DNA from: a virus
Lineage: Duplodnaviria; Caudoviricetes
Length of the DNA: 44,649 nt
IMG/VR virus record: IMGVR_UViG_3300017754_003785
Location: 1-44,649 of that record
Direction: 5' to 3' (one strand)
Part shown: positions 34,348 to 44,275 of the stretch, in pieces
How the letters are laid out: each line of letters opens with the position of its first letter
Numbering within the stretch: the stretch's first letter is position 1
Made by a program: the position numbers and the translations under genes
Notes under the pieces: model-generated
Database searches by the model: none
Told to the model about the DNA's origin: nothing
The model's input: only the letters and a program-made list of their open reading frames with translations

Positions 34348-34678
34348 CGTTCTTCTCCCGGCCGGCAAGAGCTACGGCGCTTTCCTTCAGCGCCGTCGTG
34401 GCGGCGGAAAGGATTTCGTGGAGCTTTTCGTCCATCTGCATACGATCCGTCATTTGGATGTTGCTCTCTTTCTCTCGGGCTATGGCGTCCATAAGAAGGG
34501 CCTCCACTTTGGATTGGAGTTTTTCGACATTGTCCTTCAACGCTTTCTTTTCGGCCTCTTGCCGGTTCCTCTCGTCTATCCGGTCTTCTCGTTTCGATTT
34601 GAAGTACCAGCCGACACCGGCCGCAATCGAGGCCGAGCCCATAATGGTCAGTACGATTTCTTTGATCCATTCGGGCAC
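34334..34678 (-). CDS. Single-pass membrane coiled-coil protein (lysis cassette)
   Basis: N-terminal TM segment followed by a charged coiled coil. Confidence 0.6.
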   Translation of the reverse strand: MPEWIKEIVLTIMGSASIAAGVGWYFKSKREDRIDERNRQEAEKKALKDNVEKLQSKVEALLMDAIAREKESNIQMTDRMQMDEKLHEILSAATTALKESAVALAGREKNDARS

Positions 34679-34696
34679 GGCCTCGTTCTCCTTTTT

Positions 34697-37153
34697 TTAG
34701 ACTCCCGGACCGGTCGTCATGCCGAGCGATCCGGTTATCGTCATACCTCCTCCGGAACCTCGATTGGTCACGAACGGAACTGCGTTCGCGTCCTCCGGCT
34801 TGATCGCCAGATAGACGAGCGGAAGAGCCCCGGTCGGGAGGTCTCCGCTCGGTCCAAGGTACTTCGGGTTGTCGTCGATGTTGATGAACTTCCTTCGGTT
34901 CGCCGTCGTCCCGAACGGGATGTATGGAACGTCGAACCAAAGGTCGGTGACGTAGGCGTTCAGCTTATCGGCTCCTCCGCTATCGGAGCCGACGAACCAG
35001 TCGCCGGTCGTATAGTCGATAGTGTCGTTCGTCAACGTCGTCGGAACCGCCGTGAAGTTGGTATCGTCGAGATATATTCGAACGTCCGACGTAGAGAGGT
35101 CGAACGATACGAGCAGATGATGGAAGAGACCGTCAGCCGTCAGCGTCGTCGTACTGTTGACGCTCAGGATCACGGTTCCGGCGGCGTTACGAGCCCGAAC
35201 ACTGATCAGGTCGGAAGAGTTTCGATAGATCGAGAAACGCGGAGAAGAGGTCGGGTTGTTCGTAGAGAAGATGACTTGATCGGTTCCGTCACCGCCGAGC
35301 ATCCTGATCCACACGCTGAACGTCCCGGTCTTCGCGTCTCCCATCCCGGTGAAGTCGGCCGATCTCTGAAGGTACGTCGTCGACCCATCGAAAACGGCCG
35401 CCTTGTTGTAGAAGTTCGGAGCGATCTCGTTCGTGACGTAATCGGTCCACTCGGAAGGAGCGCCGTTTGACCAAGTACGAAGACGAAAGCGATACTCCTC
35501 ATCGTTCGCGAGATAGAGACTCTGAACGGTGAGCTCGCCGGTCTTCGAGACCGTCGATTGAGGAGGCTCCCTTGCGTCCGCATACTGCCACTCGAACTCA
35601 TAGATCAGCGAGGTCGAAACGAAGTCCCACTCGGCGACCGCGTAGACTTGCGGCTGTCCGTTCACGTTTGCTCTCGCGATACTCACGACGAAGTCTTCCG
35701 GGACCGGAATACCTTCCGGAACTATAGGAAGCGATGCGCCTGAGTATTCGCCTTCCTCCGTCTCCCCGTCGAAGTCATAGAGGTCTTCGGGGATGAGGAT
35801 ACCTTCGAGCGTTATCGTTTGCTCGACCAAACTCCTTTTCGGTCTGCCGGTTATCTCGATCACGGCCTCGTCGAGTTCGAGTTCGGGATAATGAACCCTC
35901 ACGAAGCGCTCGCGGACAATCTCTCGGATCGAAGTCGTCGGATTGTAGGCGATCTTCAGCGCTATCCTCGGCGCGTTCGCCCTGATCATCGCCAGCTTCT
36001 GGAGTCGCTGGATATGATTGTGAGTCTGAACCGCCGTATTATCGACACTCTTCGTTCGTTCCGTACCGTCTCCGATATATGGGTCTCCCCAAATCGCGGC
36101 GTCGGCTTCGTTGTAGACCGTACCGGGATCGGTCCAGCGGCCACGAACGGCTAGGATGTTCGTCGATGAGCGCGCGTTCGCGTCGTAGTTGACCTCCTTC
36201 AAGTCCTTCGCCGTGACGCGAACCGTCGGATCGTAAAACTCTCCGGCGTGAACGCCGATCAGGCCGTCGGATCGTTCGTATAGAACCAACTCGGCGGCCT
36301 GATCGAGCTTGCGGCCTACTTCCACCGGATCGTTTTCGTAACGATACTCCATACCACCATGATAGCGGTATTCGGGATCGCCTTCGCGGTTGAGAACCGT
36401 CTCGTCGCATACGTTCGCCGCATGTATCCAATCGGGAAGGTACATATCGGATATCGACCGCCGCCCGCCCGAAGGATGAGTGATATGATGGAAGCGAAGA
36501 AGCGCGAGGTTCCGGGAGAACGTCCAAGTCGAGCGGTCTTCCGGATCGTGGGACTCTTCGCGAGGATCGAAGACGAGCGCGCCACGAACGACGTTCGTAT
36601 GTATCGGCATCTGTTGCGGGAAAATCGTCATATACTTTTCCTGCGGACAGGAAACGTATGCGATGTTGACCGTCGCGAGGCCGTCTCCGCGATGATCGTC
36701 AGTCCAGTACGGAGCGAACAGATCGACCAGCTGTGGGTAGGCGGTCTCGGCATCTTCGCCGAGACGAAAGTACATCGCGACGTAGTTCTCGAAATGAGCC
36801 GGGGACGTAATCGTTCCCCCGCCCGGAGGAAAGGTAGCGAGTTCGTCGTGGAGGTAGTGGGCGTCGATGCCGTCGATCTTATGCGAGCAGTTCACTAGTA
36901 CGTGGAACGCGATCCCCTGACGCTCCATAAGAGCGAGATAATCTCCGGCGACTTTCGCCGTTCCGAGGATAACGCGCCGTGACGGTACGGCTTGCTTGAG
37001 GTTGTGCTTCCCGTCAGCCTGCTTCGGAACCGCCGACGTATTCCTGATAGGAGCCGGAGCCGGTTGGGCGAAGAGAAGCTTGACGACCATCATCGCCGCC
37101 GAGATGGCGAGCGAGATCGCCATTGTGATCAGGGTCGACGTTGCAATCGGCAT
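34697..37153 (-). CDS. Tail tip / host-specificity protein with FN3-like and C-terminal LamG/ConA-like domains
   Basis: Position after the NlpC-like gene; YRFRLRTW...SEW; FDGSTTYL...FSVWIR...HHLLVSFD. Confidence 0.75.
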   Translation of the reverse strand: MPIATSTLITMAISLAISAAMMVVKLLFAQPAPAPIRNTSAVPKQADGKHNLKQAVPSRRVILGTAKVAGDYLALMERQGIAFHVLVNCSHKIDGIDAHYLHDELATFPPGGGTITSPAHFENYVAMYFRLGEDAETAYPQLVDLFAPYWTDDHRGDGLATVNIAYVSCPQEKYMTIFPQQMPIHTNVVRGALVFDPREESHDPEDRSTWTFSRNLALLRFHHITHPSGGRRSISDMYLPDWIHAANVCDETVLNREGDPEYRYHGGMEYRYENDPVEVGRKLDQAAELVLYERSDGLIGVHAGEFYDPTVRVTAKDLKEVNYDANARSSTNILAVRGRWTDPGTVYNEADAAIWGDPYIGDGTERTKSVDNTAVQTHNHIQRLQKLAMIRANAPRIALKIAYNPTTSIREIVRERFVRVHYPELELDEAVIEITGRPKRSLVEQTITLEGILIPEDLYDFDGETEEGEYSGASLPIVPEGIPVPEDFVVSIARANVNGQPQVYAVAEWDFVSTSLIYEFEWQYADAREPPQSTVSKTGELTVQSLYLANDEEYRFRLRTWSNGAPSEWTDYVTNEIAPNFYNKAAVFDGSTTYLQRSADFTGMGDAKTGTFSVWIRMLGGDGTDQVIFSTNNPTSSPRFSIYRNSSDLISVRARNAAGTVILSVNSTTTLTADGLFHHLLVSFDLSTSDVRIYLDDTNFTAVPTTLTNDTIDYTTGDWFVGSDSGGADKLNAYVTDLWFDVPYIPFGTTANRRKFINIDDNPKYLGPSGDLPTGALPLVYLAIKPEDANAVPFVTNRGSGGGMTITGSLGMTTGPGV

Positions 37154-37160
37154 GAGGTCC

Positions 37161-37580
37161 CTATCCTATCTTCCATCCGAGCGACCATCGTTCGCGGTCG
37201 ATTGTCATCAGTCCGTTGTCGCCGGGAGTCAGCGCCGAGTCTCCGGCGCGAACCGCTAGATGAAGCTCTGCGTTCGAACGAAAGGCGACGAGATCGCCTA
37301 TGACCGTTTCCTTTGGATCAACCGGTTCGAGTATCGAGTCCATCATTTCGTCGATACCGGACCAGCCGCGCGACATCATAAACTTTGCCGCCCCTATCCA
37401 ATTCCGCGGTCGCTCTACTCCGTCGAAATGTCGAACCCCCGTGATCGTCTCGATGGCGTCGAGAGCGAAGCAAGCGCAATCGGTCTCGCCGTATTGGTAA
37501 GGCCGGTCGCGGCGATCTTCGACGAGCGCTATGAGTCGCGGTCGCCAGTCGTTCAATCGATGAAGCCTGTCTTCGGTCAT
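37161..37580 (-). CDS. NlpC/P60-like tail assembly protein
   Basis: YQYGETDCACFA...ITG...GDLV...HL. Confidence 0.75.
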   Translation of the reverse strand: MTEDRLHRLNDWRPRLIALVEDRRDRPYQYGETDCACFALDAIETITGVRHFDGVERPRNWIGAAKFMMSRGWSGIDEMMDSILEPVDPKETVIGDLVAFRSNAELHLAVRAGDSALTPGDNGLMTIDRERWSLGWKIG

Positions 37581-37582
37581 AG

Positions 37583-38161
37583 CTAGTTCCACCTCGGCCA
37601 AGTAACCGTTACGTCTTCGACTGTATGAACACGATTACAGATGAGGTCGGGATCGGCGGTCGGGTTAAGGACCCGAGAGACCGCGATTTGATCGGTGTTC
37701 GAATAGACGCCGCCGTGAACGAGTCGCCGCATCGCAAACCGGTTTACGATCTCGACCATCACCGTTGCCTCTTGGGTATCGTCTTCCGTTACGACGTGCC
37801 GGAAGATGACGTTGTCGATAGTCCCTCGGAAGATCGTCTCCGGGTCGCCTACGGGTCGATGCATGTTGTCGTCGCAGGCTTGGATCAGGAACTGGACGTC
37901 GGCCCCTATCATCTGGTCGTTGCTGTAGAGTAGCCAGACCGGCTGGGAGTCCGCCGCGCTTACTCCCGATAGCGTGAAGTTCAGAGTCGAAGCCTCTCCG
38001 TTCATCGCGGCTTCGAGCATATCGAGACCTTGGATGATACCGACGCCTTTGAAGACGTTCAAGTTCGCGTCGAGGATCGGCCCCGATCCATTCCACAGTC
38101 TCGTGACCAAGTCGGTGTTCGGCCAGTCTATCTGGACGAGTATCCTGTAGGAAGTCGCCAT
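37583..38161 (-). CDS. Minor tail / hub protein
   Basis: TRLWNGSG...FKGVG...FTLSGV; tail module synteny. Confidence 0.65.
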   Translation of the reverse strand: MATSYRILVQIDWPNTDLVTRLWNGSGPILDANLNVFKGVGIIQGLDMLEAAMNGEASTLNFTLSGVSAADSQPVWLLYSNDQMIGADVQFLIQACDDNMHRPVGDPETIFRGTIDNVIFRHVVTEDDTQEATVMVEIVNRFAMRRLVHGGVYSNTDQIAVSRVLNPTADPDLICNRVHTVEDVTVTWPRWN

Positions 38162-38176
38162 TTGAGCGGCTCTCCT

Positions 38177-38875
38177 TTAAGCGATGTTGCTCCAGTAATC
38201 GTGAGCCTCCACGAACGAAACGGTCTTCGTGTCGTAGTGACCCGAGCTAAACGATCCATCCATCTCTCGATCCGAAGCGAGATGAACGAGACAAGTCGGG
38301 ACGCTCGTTTCAAGATCGGCCCCGGCCGGGATAGGAGCCCTGATCGCCGGGAAGATCGGAAGCGTCCAAACGTCGTCTTCGACAAGCGTCGGTAGACCGT
38401 TCTCGTAAAGCGCGCTGTTGTAGCTCCATCGAACTCCGGCGAGTTCTTCCGGACCGATACCGACGCGGAGCTTCACGACCGTGTCGCCTATCGCTGCGGC
38501 TTCGGCCATTACGATACCGAGCGCCGGTTGCGAATAACGCGACGAGTCGGAGAACGGACTGCCATCCGAATGGGTCGTGAAGTAACGGCCGAACGTCGAG
38601 TCGCTTGGCCATTCGGCCGAGTCGTGCGACCAGACCGGGATGGAGAGAACGCCTCGCCGACCTCCGGTCGTTACCCTGATGGCGTTGAACATTCGGCGGG
38701 TGGCGGTATCGTACAACCCGAGTCCGTTATACGATATCGACCACCAACCAACGTCCGTCATGACGCTCTCTTGGATGCCCGCGAGAGTAGGCCCACCGGA
38801 TCGGGTCATAGGAACCGGGCTGACCTCGATCCGGTTGGGGCAAAGGATTTCCGGCCACGAGATTATGTTAACCAT
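38177..38875 (-). CDS. Distal tail protein-like
   Basis: Directly downstream of the tape measure gene. Confidence 0.6.
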   Translation of the reverse strand: MVNIISWPEILCPNRIEVSPVPMTRSGGPTLAGIQESVMTDVGWWSISYNGLGLYDTATRRMFNAIRVTTGGRRGVLSIPVWSHDSAEWPSDSTFGRYFTTHSDGSPFSDSSRYSQPALGIVMAEAAAIGDTVVKLRVGIGPEELAGVRWSYNSALYENGLPTLVEDDVWTLPIFPAIRAPIPAGADLETSVPTCLVHLASDREMDGSFSSGHYDTKTVSFVEAHDYWSNIA

Positions 38876-41484
38876 TACTGCGTTCTCCAGTCTCCGTGGC
38901 CTTCTTCCTTATCTCGGCTCATGATCGGGATCACTTGCTCGCCCGATCTCTCTACGGCGCGCGCCTCTATCCCCGGCGCTGCCTTCTTAACGATAGCCGT
39001 GCTTCGGTTATCGATCTTGGAAGTCAGAACGTCGTTGTTCAGCTCGACCCTAACGACGATCTCGCCGCCCGCCTTGCCGTTCCCCGCGCTTCCGTTTGAG
39101 ACGACTCCAAGGGCTCCGTTACGACCACGCCGAAGAGGCATGATCGCTTCCGGTCCGGCTTCGCCCATGACGCCAGTCCCTTTAGCGAACGGGAAGAGCG
39201 TCGGCTTATCGATGATACCGCCGTGGGCGAATGGAACGATACGGCTTCGGTCAAAGACGCCGCCTTTAGCGAACGTCGGGAAGAAGTTCATCATCCCCAT
39301 GATACCGTCCATGATGCCGGAAGACGTTCCGCCCATTCCGCCGCCGCCGAAGAGGCCGCCGACGATATCCATGATGCCGCCTCCCATTCCGCCGCCTCCC
39401 TTACTCGGGAACGCCGCTTCGAAAAGTTCGTTCGCGGCCATCTCCATCAGCTTATCGCTTATCTTCCCGAGGACGTTCATCGCGGCGTTCCCGAGGATAT
39501 TCCAAACTCCGGCTCCTTCCCGGACGCCTTGGTTGATGTCGGACATCATCCCCTTAAACGTGCCCTTTGCGAACTCGTACATCTCCTTCGCCTGACGAGT
39601 CTTCTCCTGCGCCGAGGCCATCTCACCGGCCATACGACCGATCTCTTCCCTCTGCGCCTGAGTCAAGACGATGTTCGCGGACTGAGCCTGATTAAGCATC
39701 TCCTGCTCGAACCGCATACGAGCAGCGGCTTCGGCCGACATACCGATGGCCTGACGCTCAAGCTCCTGCTCCTTCACGAACTCCTGCGACTTGGTCGCCG
39801 AGTTCTTCATGAACTCGGACGACTTGAAGGCGGTATCGGCTTCCGCCATCTTCGCCGCGAGTTGTTCGAGCTGGGCGCGTTGACCGGCGGTCAACTTAAT
39901 CCCGCCCTCCATGGCCTTATTCAGGAGTTCCTGAGTGTGGATCAGGAGCGCCGCCGCTTGGCCGTTCATGCCGAGAGCTTGAGTCTCGGCGTTCTTCTGA
40001 GCGATATACGCTTGCGCTCCGGAGATCAGCTTCGCATACGGGTCTTCCTTTCCGCCGCTCGACTTCGGGATCGCCTGCGTCGGAGGAGGAACCATAGCCG
40101 GGAGTTTCACCGAACGGGCTGCCTCTTCGTCGGCTTGCATGACGACCTGACGCTCTTGCGCCTTCGCTTCGGCAACGCGAGCCTTCGCCGCTTCGATCTG
40201 AGCGGTTAGAGCCTTACGAGAGTTCGCAACACCGAACTGACTCGGGTTCGAGTCGAGAGCCTTCAGGCGTTCTTCGAGGACCGTCACGTCAGACTCGGCG
40301 GCTCTCGAAGAAGTAGTCGCTTCGAACTTCTTCAGACGATCAAGGTTCGAGATGATCGACTTGAGGATCGACTCGACCTTCTCCAAAGCCCAAGTCGCGA
40401 TAGGCGCACCGAGCTTCGCGAAAGCGGTGTCCGTAACGGCTCCCGCTCGCGTCATCGCATCGCTCAGATCGTCCCACGCCTTGATGACCTCCTTATCGAG
40501 TACCGCTCCGGCCTTCTTCGCCGAAGCGATGACCGCCTCGTTTCCGGTTGCCCATGCGTCGAGCATGGTCGCCATACGCGCACCGGAACGTCCGAAGAGT
40601 TCCGTCAGGATCGCGTTCCGCTGAGTCTCTGAGCCGACGTTCTTCAGACCGGCGGCAAGTTCCGGCAGGATGTCCTGTGTCGAACGCAGTTCGCCGTTCG
40701 CGTCGAGGACCTTGACGCCGAGCTTATCGAACATCTTGATCTGCTCTTCGCCGCCCTTGTAGGCCGCTCCGAGAGAAGCGGTCAGACGGATGAGAGCCTG
40801 ATCGAGTTGGCCATCGGCGATCCCCGCCTGAGCCGCTTCGTATCGATACGCCTGAAGAGCTTCGGTCGATACGTTGAGCTGCTCCGCCTGTTCGCCGAGG
40901 TCGGCCGCCTTCATACCGGCACGCCAGACGGCCATAGCGGCTCCGGCAAGCGTGAAGGCTGCCGCGAGCGGGCCTAGAAGACCAAGAAGGCCACGGATCG
41001 ATCCGCCTAGACCTCGCCCCGCATCTTCGGCGATCTTCGTAACGCCGCCGAAGCGAACGGTACTAGCGGTCGTCGAAGTAGCGAGTTCTGCGAACGAAGC
41101 TCCGACTGACTTATTGTCGTTCGCGAGCTTCGAAGCCATAAGCGCTACGATTGAGGAATAGTCGACGGCTCCTTTCGACATCCCAGCGTAGGTCGCCATC
41201 GAGGCGCGGTTCATACCGGCCATGGTCGCGGCGGAGGCGCGAGCGACGTTCGCGCTTCCGTCCGAAACGGTCTTCACGAAGCGGCCGAACTCGTCGCGCG
41301 TGCGAGCAGTAGCCGCTACCGAAGTCGATACCTGACGCGCGGCCGCAGACGTAGTCATCCCCCACGCCTGAGCCGCGCGCTCGGCAGCACTCGCTCCCTT
41401 GACGAAACGACCGAACTCATCGCGAGCGCGGACCATCGGGGAGGTATCTACTTCAAGCCCCAGCGATGCGATATCGTTGCTCAT
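38875..41484 (-). CDS. Tail tape measure protein
   Basis: 869 aa, Ala-rich and helical; DIASLGLEVD start; FAKGG...MGEAGPEAIMPL C-terminus. Confidence 0.92.
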   Translation of the reverse strand: MSNDIASLGLEVDTSPMVRARDEFGRFVKGASAAERAAQAWGMTTSAAARQVSTSVAATARTRDEFGRFVKTVSDGSANVARASAATMAGMNRASMATYAGMSKGAVDYSSIVALMASKLANDNKSVGASFAELATSTTASTVRFGGVTKIAEDAGRGLGGSIRGLLGLLGPLAAAFTLAGAAMAVWRAGMKAADLGEQAEQLNVSTEALQAYRYEAAQAGIADGQLDQALIRLTASLGAAYKGGEEQIKMFDKLGVKVLDANGELRSTQDILPELAAGLKNVGSETQRNAILTELFGRSGARMATMLDAWATGNEAVIASAKKAGAVLDKEVIKAWDDLSDAMTRAGAVTDTAFAKLGAPIATWALEKVESILKSIISNLDRLKKFEATTSSRAAESDVTVLEERLKALDSNPSQFGVANSRKALTAQIEAAKARVAEAKAQERQVVMQADEEAARSVKLPAMVPPPTQAIPKSSGGKEDPYAKLISGAQAYIAQKNAETQALGMNGQAAALLIHTQELLNKAMEGGIKLTAGQRAQLEQLAAKMAEADTAFKSSEFMKNSATKSQEFVKEQELERQAIGMSAEAAARMRFEQEMLNQAQSANIVLTQAQREEIGRMAGEMASAQEKTRQAKEMYEFAKGTFKGMMSDINQGVREGAGVWNILGNAAMNVLGKISDKLMEMAANELFEAAFPSKGGGGMGGGIMDIVGGLFGGGGMGGTSSGIMDGIMGMMNFFPTFAKGGVFDRSRIVPFAHGGIIDKPTLFPFAKGTGVMGEAGPEAIMPLRRGRNGALGVVSNGSAGNGKAGGEIVVRVELNNDVLTSKIDNRSTAIVKKAAPGIEARAVERSGEQVIPIMSRDKEEGHGDWRTQ

Positions 41485-41996
41485 GTCGTTCCGACCTTTC
41501 CAGTTCTTACGACGACTCGACGAGTGCCGACCGATCCGAGGATGCTCTTGACGCCCTCTCCGTCGAGAGCCGACGAGACCGCTCGCACTTTCTTGTCGCC
41601 GCTATCGGGGATCGTTACGGGAGGTTCCGGCTTCAGGAAGGCGTCATCGATCTCCTCCAGAAGCGATATCTCCCAAGCGGAGAACCGCATACCGGTGACT
41701 TCCGAAAACGCCTTGAAGTCGTCCCAGCCCAAAGGATTATGGGAAGCGAACCCCGGACTCTTTCGCCTCCGCATCCTTATGTAAGACGACCAGATGTAAT
41801 CCAAAGCCGTAGGGAACGATGGCAAACGAAGCTCTTCGGCTATATCGGCCGCCTTCGTTCCTTCGTTCCTTTTCTCGGCTTTCGACAGTCTGGCGATGAG
41901 ACGATCACGCCGGGTCTTACCGGCGTCATCGTACTCGTTGAGATAGAACCAGCGCTCAGCGTATTCGATCAGGGCTTCGCCGAGCGCTTCGTAAAA
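41481..41996 (-). CDS. Tail assembly chaperone, frameshifted extension (gpGT-like)
   Basis: -1 frame overlapping the end of 41969-42421; located just before the tape measure gene. Confidence 0.65.
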   Translation of the reverse strand, partial: FYEALGEALIEYAERWFYLNEYDDAGKTRRDRLIARLSKAEKRNEGTKAADIAEELRLPSFPTALDYIWSSYIRMRRRKSPGFASHNPLGWDDFKAFSEVTGMRFSAWEISLLEEIDDAFLKPEPPVTIPDSGDKKVRAVSSALDGEGVKSILGSVGTRRVVVRTGKVGTT

Positions 41997-42421
41997 GAGT
42001 TGTCGTTGAGGATGAACTCGATGCACTGATTGAGGATCGTCGCCTTCCGCTTATCCTTCAGGATCGAGCGCGCGTTCTCTCGCGAGAACGGGAACGGCTT
42101 GCCGTTCATATTGACGTCGGACCATCCGAGGAGACGTTCGAGGATGAAGTTGACGTTCTCTTCGAGCAGATCGTCGGGGCTCTTTTCTTCGGCCTTGTAC
42201 TTCTTGTTGTTGACGCGAGCCTGCTCCTGCGAACGCTGACGGGAAAGCTCTTCGCGAGCGATCCGGTTCGTCTGGGCGATCCCCATCGGATGACCCGGCC
42301 CGGCAAAGGTCCATTCCCATCCGGTCGGCCGGTCCCCGGCGAGGACCATCATCTTTCCTTCGTCGACGGAGTTCAGATCGTCGATGTCGAAGGTCGCAAC
42401 CGTTCCCGTGTTCTCTTCCAT
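41969..42421 (-). CDS. Tail assembly chaperone (gpG-like)
   Basis: LLGWS...PFSRENA motif; between the tail tube and tape measure genes. Confidence 0.75.
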   Translation of the reverse strand: MEENTGTVATFDIDDLNSVDEGKMMVLAGDRPTGWEWTFAGPGHPMGIAQTNRIAREELSRQRSQEQARVNNKKYKAEEKSPDDLLEENVNFILERLLGWSDVNMNGKPFPFSRENARSILKDKRKATILNQCIEFILNDNSFTKRSAKP

Positions 42422-42535
42422 AACTGCGGTTCCCTGTATCGATAGAGCCTCGTTGAAAGACGAAGGAGGAAGTCACCCGGCTCAATCGGTGACCTCCTCC
42501 TTTTAGTTCTCCCTTATCCGATCTCGGACCGCGTA

Positions 42536-43342
42536 CTAGGCGGCGAGGATCGGACCAACGGCGACGGTCTTCGCAATCGAAGACGTACCGGCCGAGTTGA
42601 CGGCGCGAACCTCGCACTGGAGGGCATCGCCGATGTCGCCCACGACGGGCGTGTAGAGCTTCGACGTACCACCGGCCGAGACGTTGCTGAACGTCCCGTT
42701 GCCGCTAACGTCGTGCTTCCACTGATAGAGGAACGACGTGGGCGAACCGGTCCACGTGCCTTCGAGCACTTCGAGTTCGACGCCCACCTGGACAGAAGCG
42801 CCGATGATCGAGGGCAGTTCGAGGATCGTCGGAGCGATGGACGACTCGGAAGCGACGACATAGATCGCGGAGTTGACGGCGAGGTTGAATGTCCGCTTCG
42901 TGATGTCCTGATTGCCGCCGAGGTTGACCGGTCGCGAGAGGACGACGCCGCCGAAGTATTCAACGGAGTCGGTGTGGTCTTCGTCGCGACGGTCGGCATA
43001 GATGATCTTGAAGGCGTAATTCAGATCGGTCTTTTCCGCATCCTCCATCGCGATCTGACCCGGATCGAGCGGGTCGCGACCGACGACGATGGCCATCGTG
43101 CCGGCATCGCGCGTCGTCTTGAACTTGCGAACGCGGCGATCCTTGACGTTCGAGAACGTCGCGACCTCCGTATTATCGCCCAGCTCGCCGAAGCTCTCGA
43201 TCTCTTCGACCTCGACCCAGTCGCCGGAGTCGATGGCTTCGAAGAAATCGACGGCGTTGCTGTCCGACATCGCTCGAATGGTATCCGGGTTCACGTCCGG
43301 TCCGATGAAGAACCGGGTTCCGCTGGTCTTTGAAACGGCCAT
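42536..43342 (-). CDS. Major tail tube protein with C-terminal Ig-like domain
   Basis: GELGD...RKFKTTRDAG....RDPLDPGQ; GTWTGSPTSFLYQW...CEVRAVNSAG. Confidence 0.85.
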   Translation of the reverse strand: MAVSKTSGTRFFIGPDVNPDTIRAMSDSNAVDFFEAIDSGDWVEVEEIESFGELGDNTEVATFSNVKDRRVRKFKTTRDAGTMAIVVGRDPLDPGQIAMEDAEKTDLNYAFKIIYADRRDEDHTDSVEYFGGVVLSRPVNLGGNQDITKRTFNLAVNSAIYVVASESSIAPTILELPSIIGASVQVGVELEVLEGTWTGSPTSFLYQWKHDVSGNGTFSNVSAGGTSKLYTPVVGDIGDALQCEVRAVNSAGTSSIAKTVAVGPILAA

Positions 43343-43412
43343 ATGGGGTCTCCTTCTAATGGCTTGGAAGCCCCGAACGGGGCGGATGATCCCGGCTATT
43401 CCGGGGAACTAC

Positions 43413-43835
43413 TTACGCGAAGGCGTCGTATTTGATCGACACCGGAACGTCCCACGAAACGTCGTCGGACTTGAAACCCGGAGCTATGCTGGGCCGGTCC
43501 ATGATCGTGACCTTGACCCCCTCGCTATAGAGCGCGAGACCGGAGGAGAAGTGATCAGCTATCGCTCCCGCGATCCTGACCGCAAGCGCTTCGCCTTTGC
43601 CGAGCGGAGTGACTACCGTCAACTGAAGGATGCCGAGGAAGCGGTTCGTTCCGCCGTTCTTCGCCGCGAAGCGCTGATTGTCGTTCGGAAGGTGGTTCAC
43701 GCGGATGTACGTTTCGGGGACCTCGCCGGAAGAAGGGAAGTCGATGTTCGGCATCGACACCGGTACGGAAGGCGATATCGAAAGCGACTCGACCCGAGTG
43801 AAGAGCGCTGTCTGGATGTTCTCTTCGAAGGTCAT
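43413..43835 (-). CDS. Tail terminator-like protein
   Basis: PNIDF...GILQLTVV.P.GKG...A.AIADHF...VPVSI.Y; synteny. Confidence 0.7.
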   Translation of the reverse strand: MTFEENIQTALFTRVESLSISPSVPVSMPNIDFPSSGEVPETYIRVNHLPNDNQRFAAKNGGTNRFLGILQLTVVTPLGKGEALAVRIAGAIADHFSSGLALYSEGVKVTIMDRPSIAPGFKSDDVSWDVPVSIKYDAFA

Positions 43836-44266
43836 TTTCTCTTCCTCGTATTTCGAGCGACGGCGGCTTTCGCGGTAGCGATAGCGTTCGCGACGTGACG
43901 CGGCCACGCCTGAGCGGCCAGTCTAACCATTCCAGCGCCTTTCATATTTCGCGTCCCGTACTCGACAAACCCGGCGTAGTTAGCGGCGAACGCCGCATAG
44001 ATCGTTTGACCGGCGCGAAGTTCGTTGATGACGAGCGCATAAGGCGGCGCAACGTATCCGTCTCCCTTCCTTCGGCTCGCGGGAGTCGGCTCTTCCGTCG
44101 TCACCGTTAGCGAAGCGCGAAGGAAGCCGGTATCGACCGGAGTTCGATCCGATATGTCCTCAACTACGTTCGCAACGGCCGTCTTCATAACGGCTTCGTA
44201 CCGAGCTTGGGTCTTGAGGACGAACTCGTCAACCTGAGCGGCAAAGCTCCGTCGTTTACCGGCCAT
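43832..44266 (-). CDS. HK97 gp10-like tail completion protein
   Basis: TPVDTGFLRAS and YAGFVEYGT motifs. Confidence 0.8.
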   Translation of the reverse strand: MAGKRRSFAAQVDEFVLKTQARYEAVMKTAVANVVEDISDRTPVDTGFLRASLTVTTEEPTPASRRKGDGYVAPPYALVINELRAGQTIYAAFAANYAGFVEYGTRNMKGAGMVRLAAQAWPRHVANAIATAKAAVARNTRKRK

Positions 44267-44275
44267 GTACTCCTC

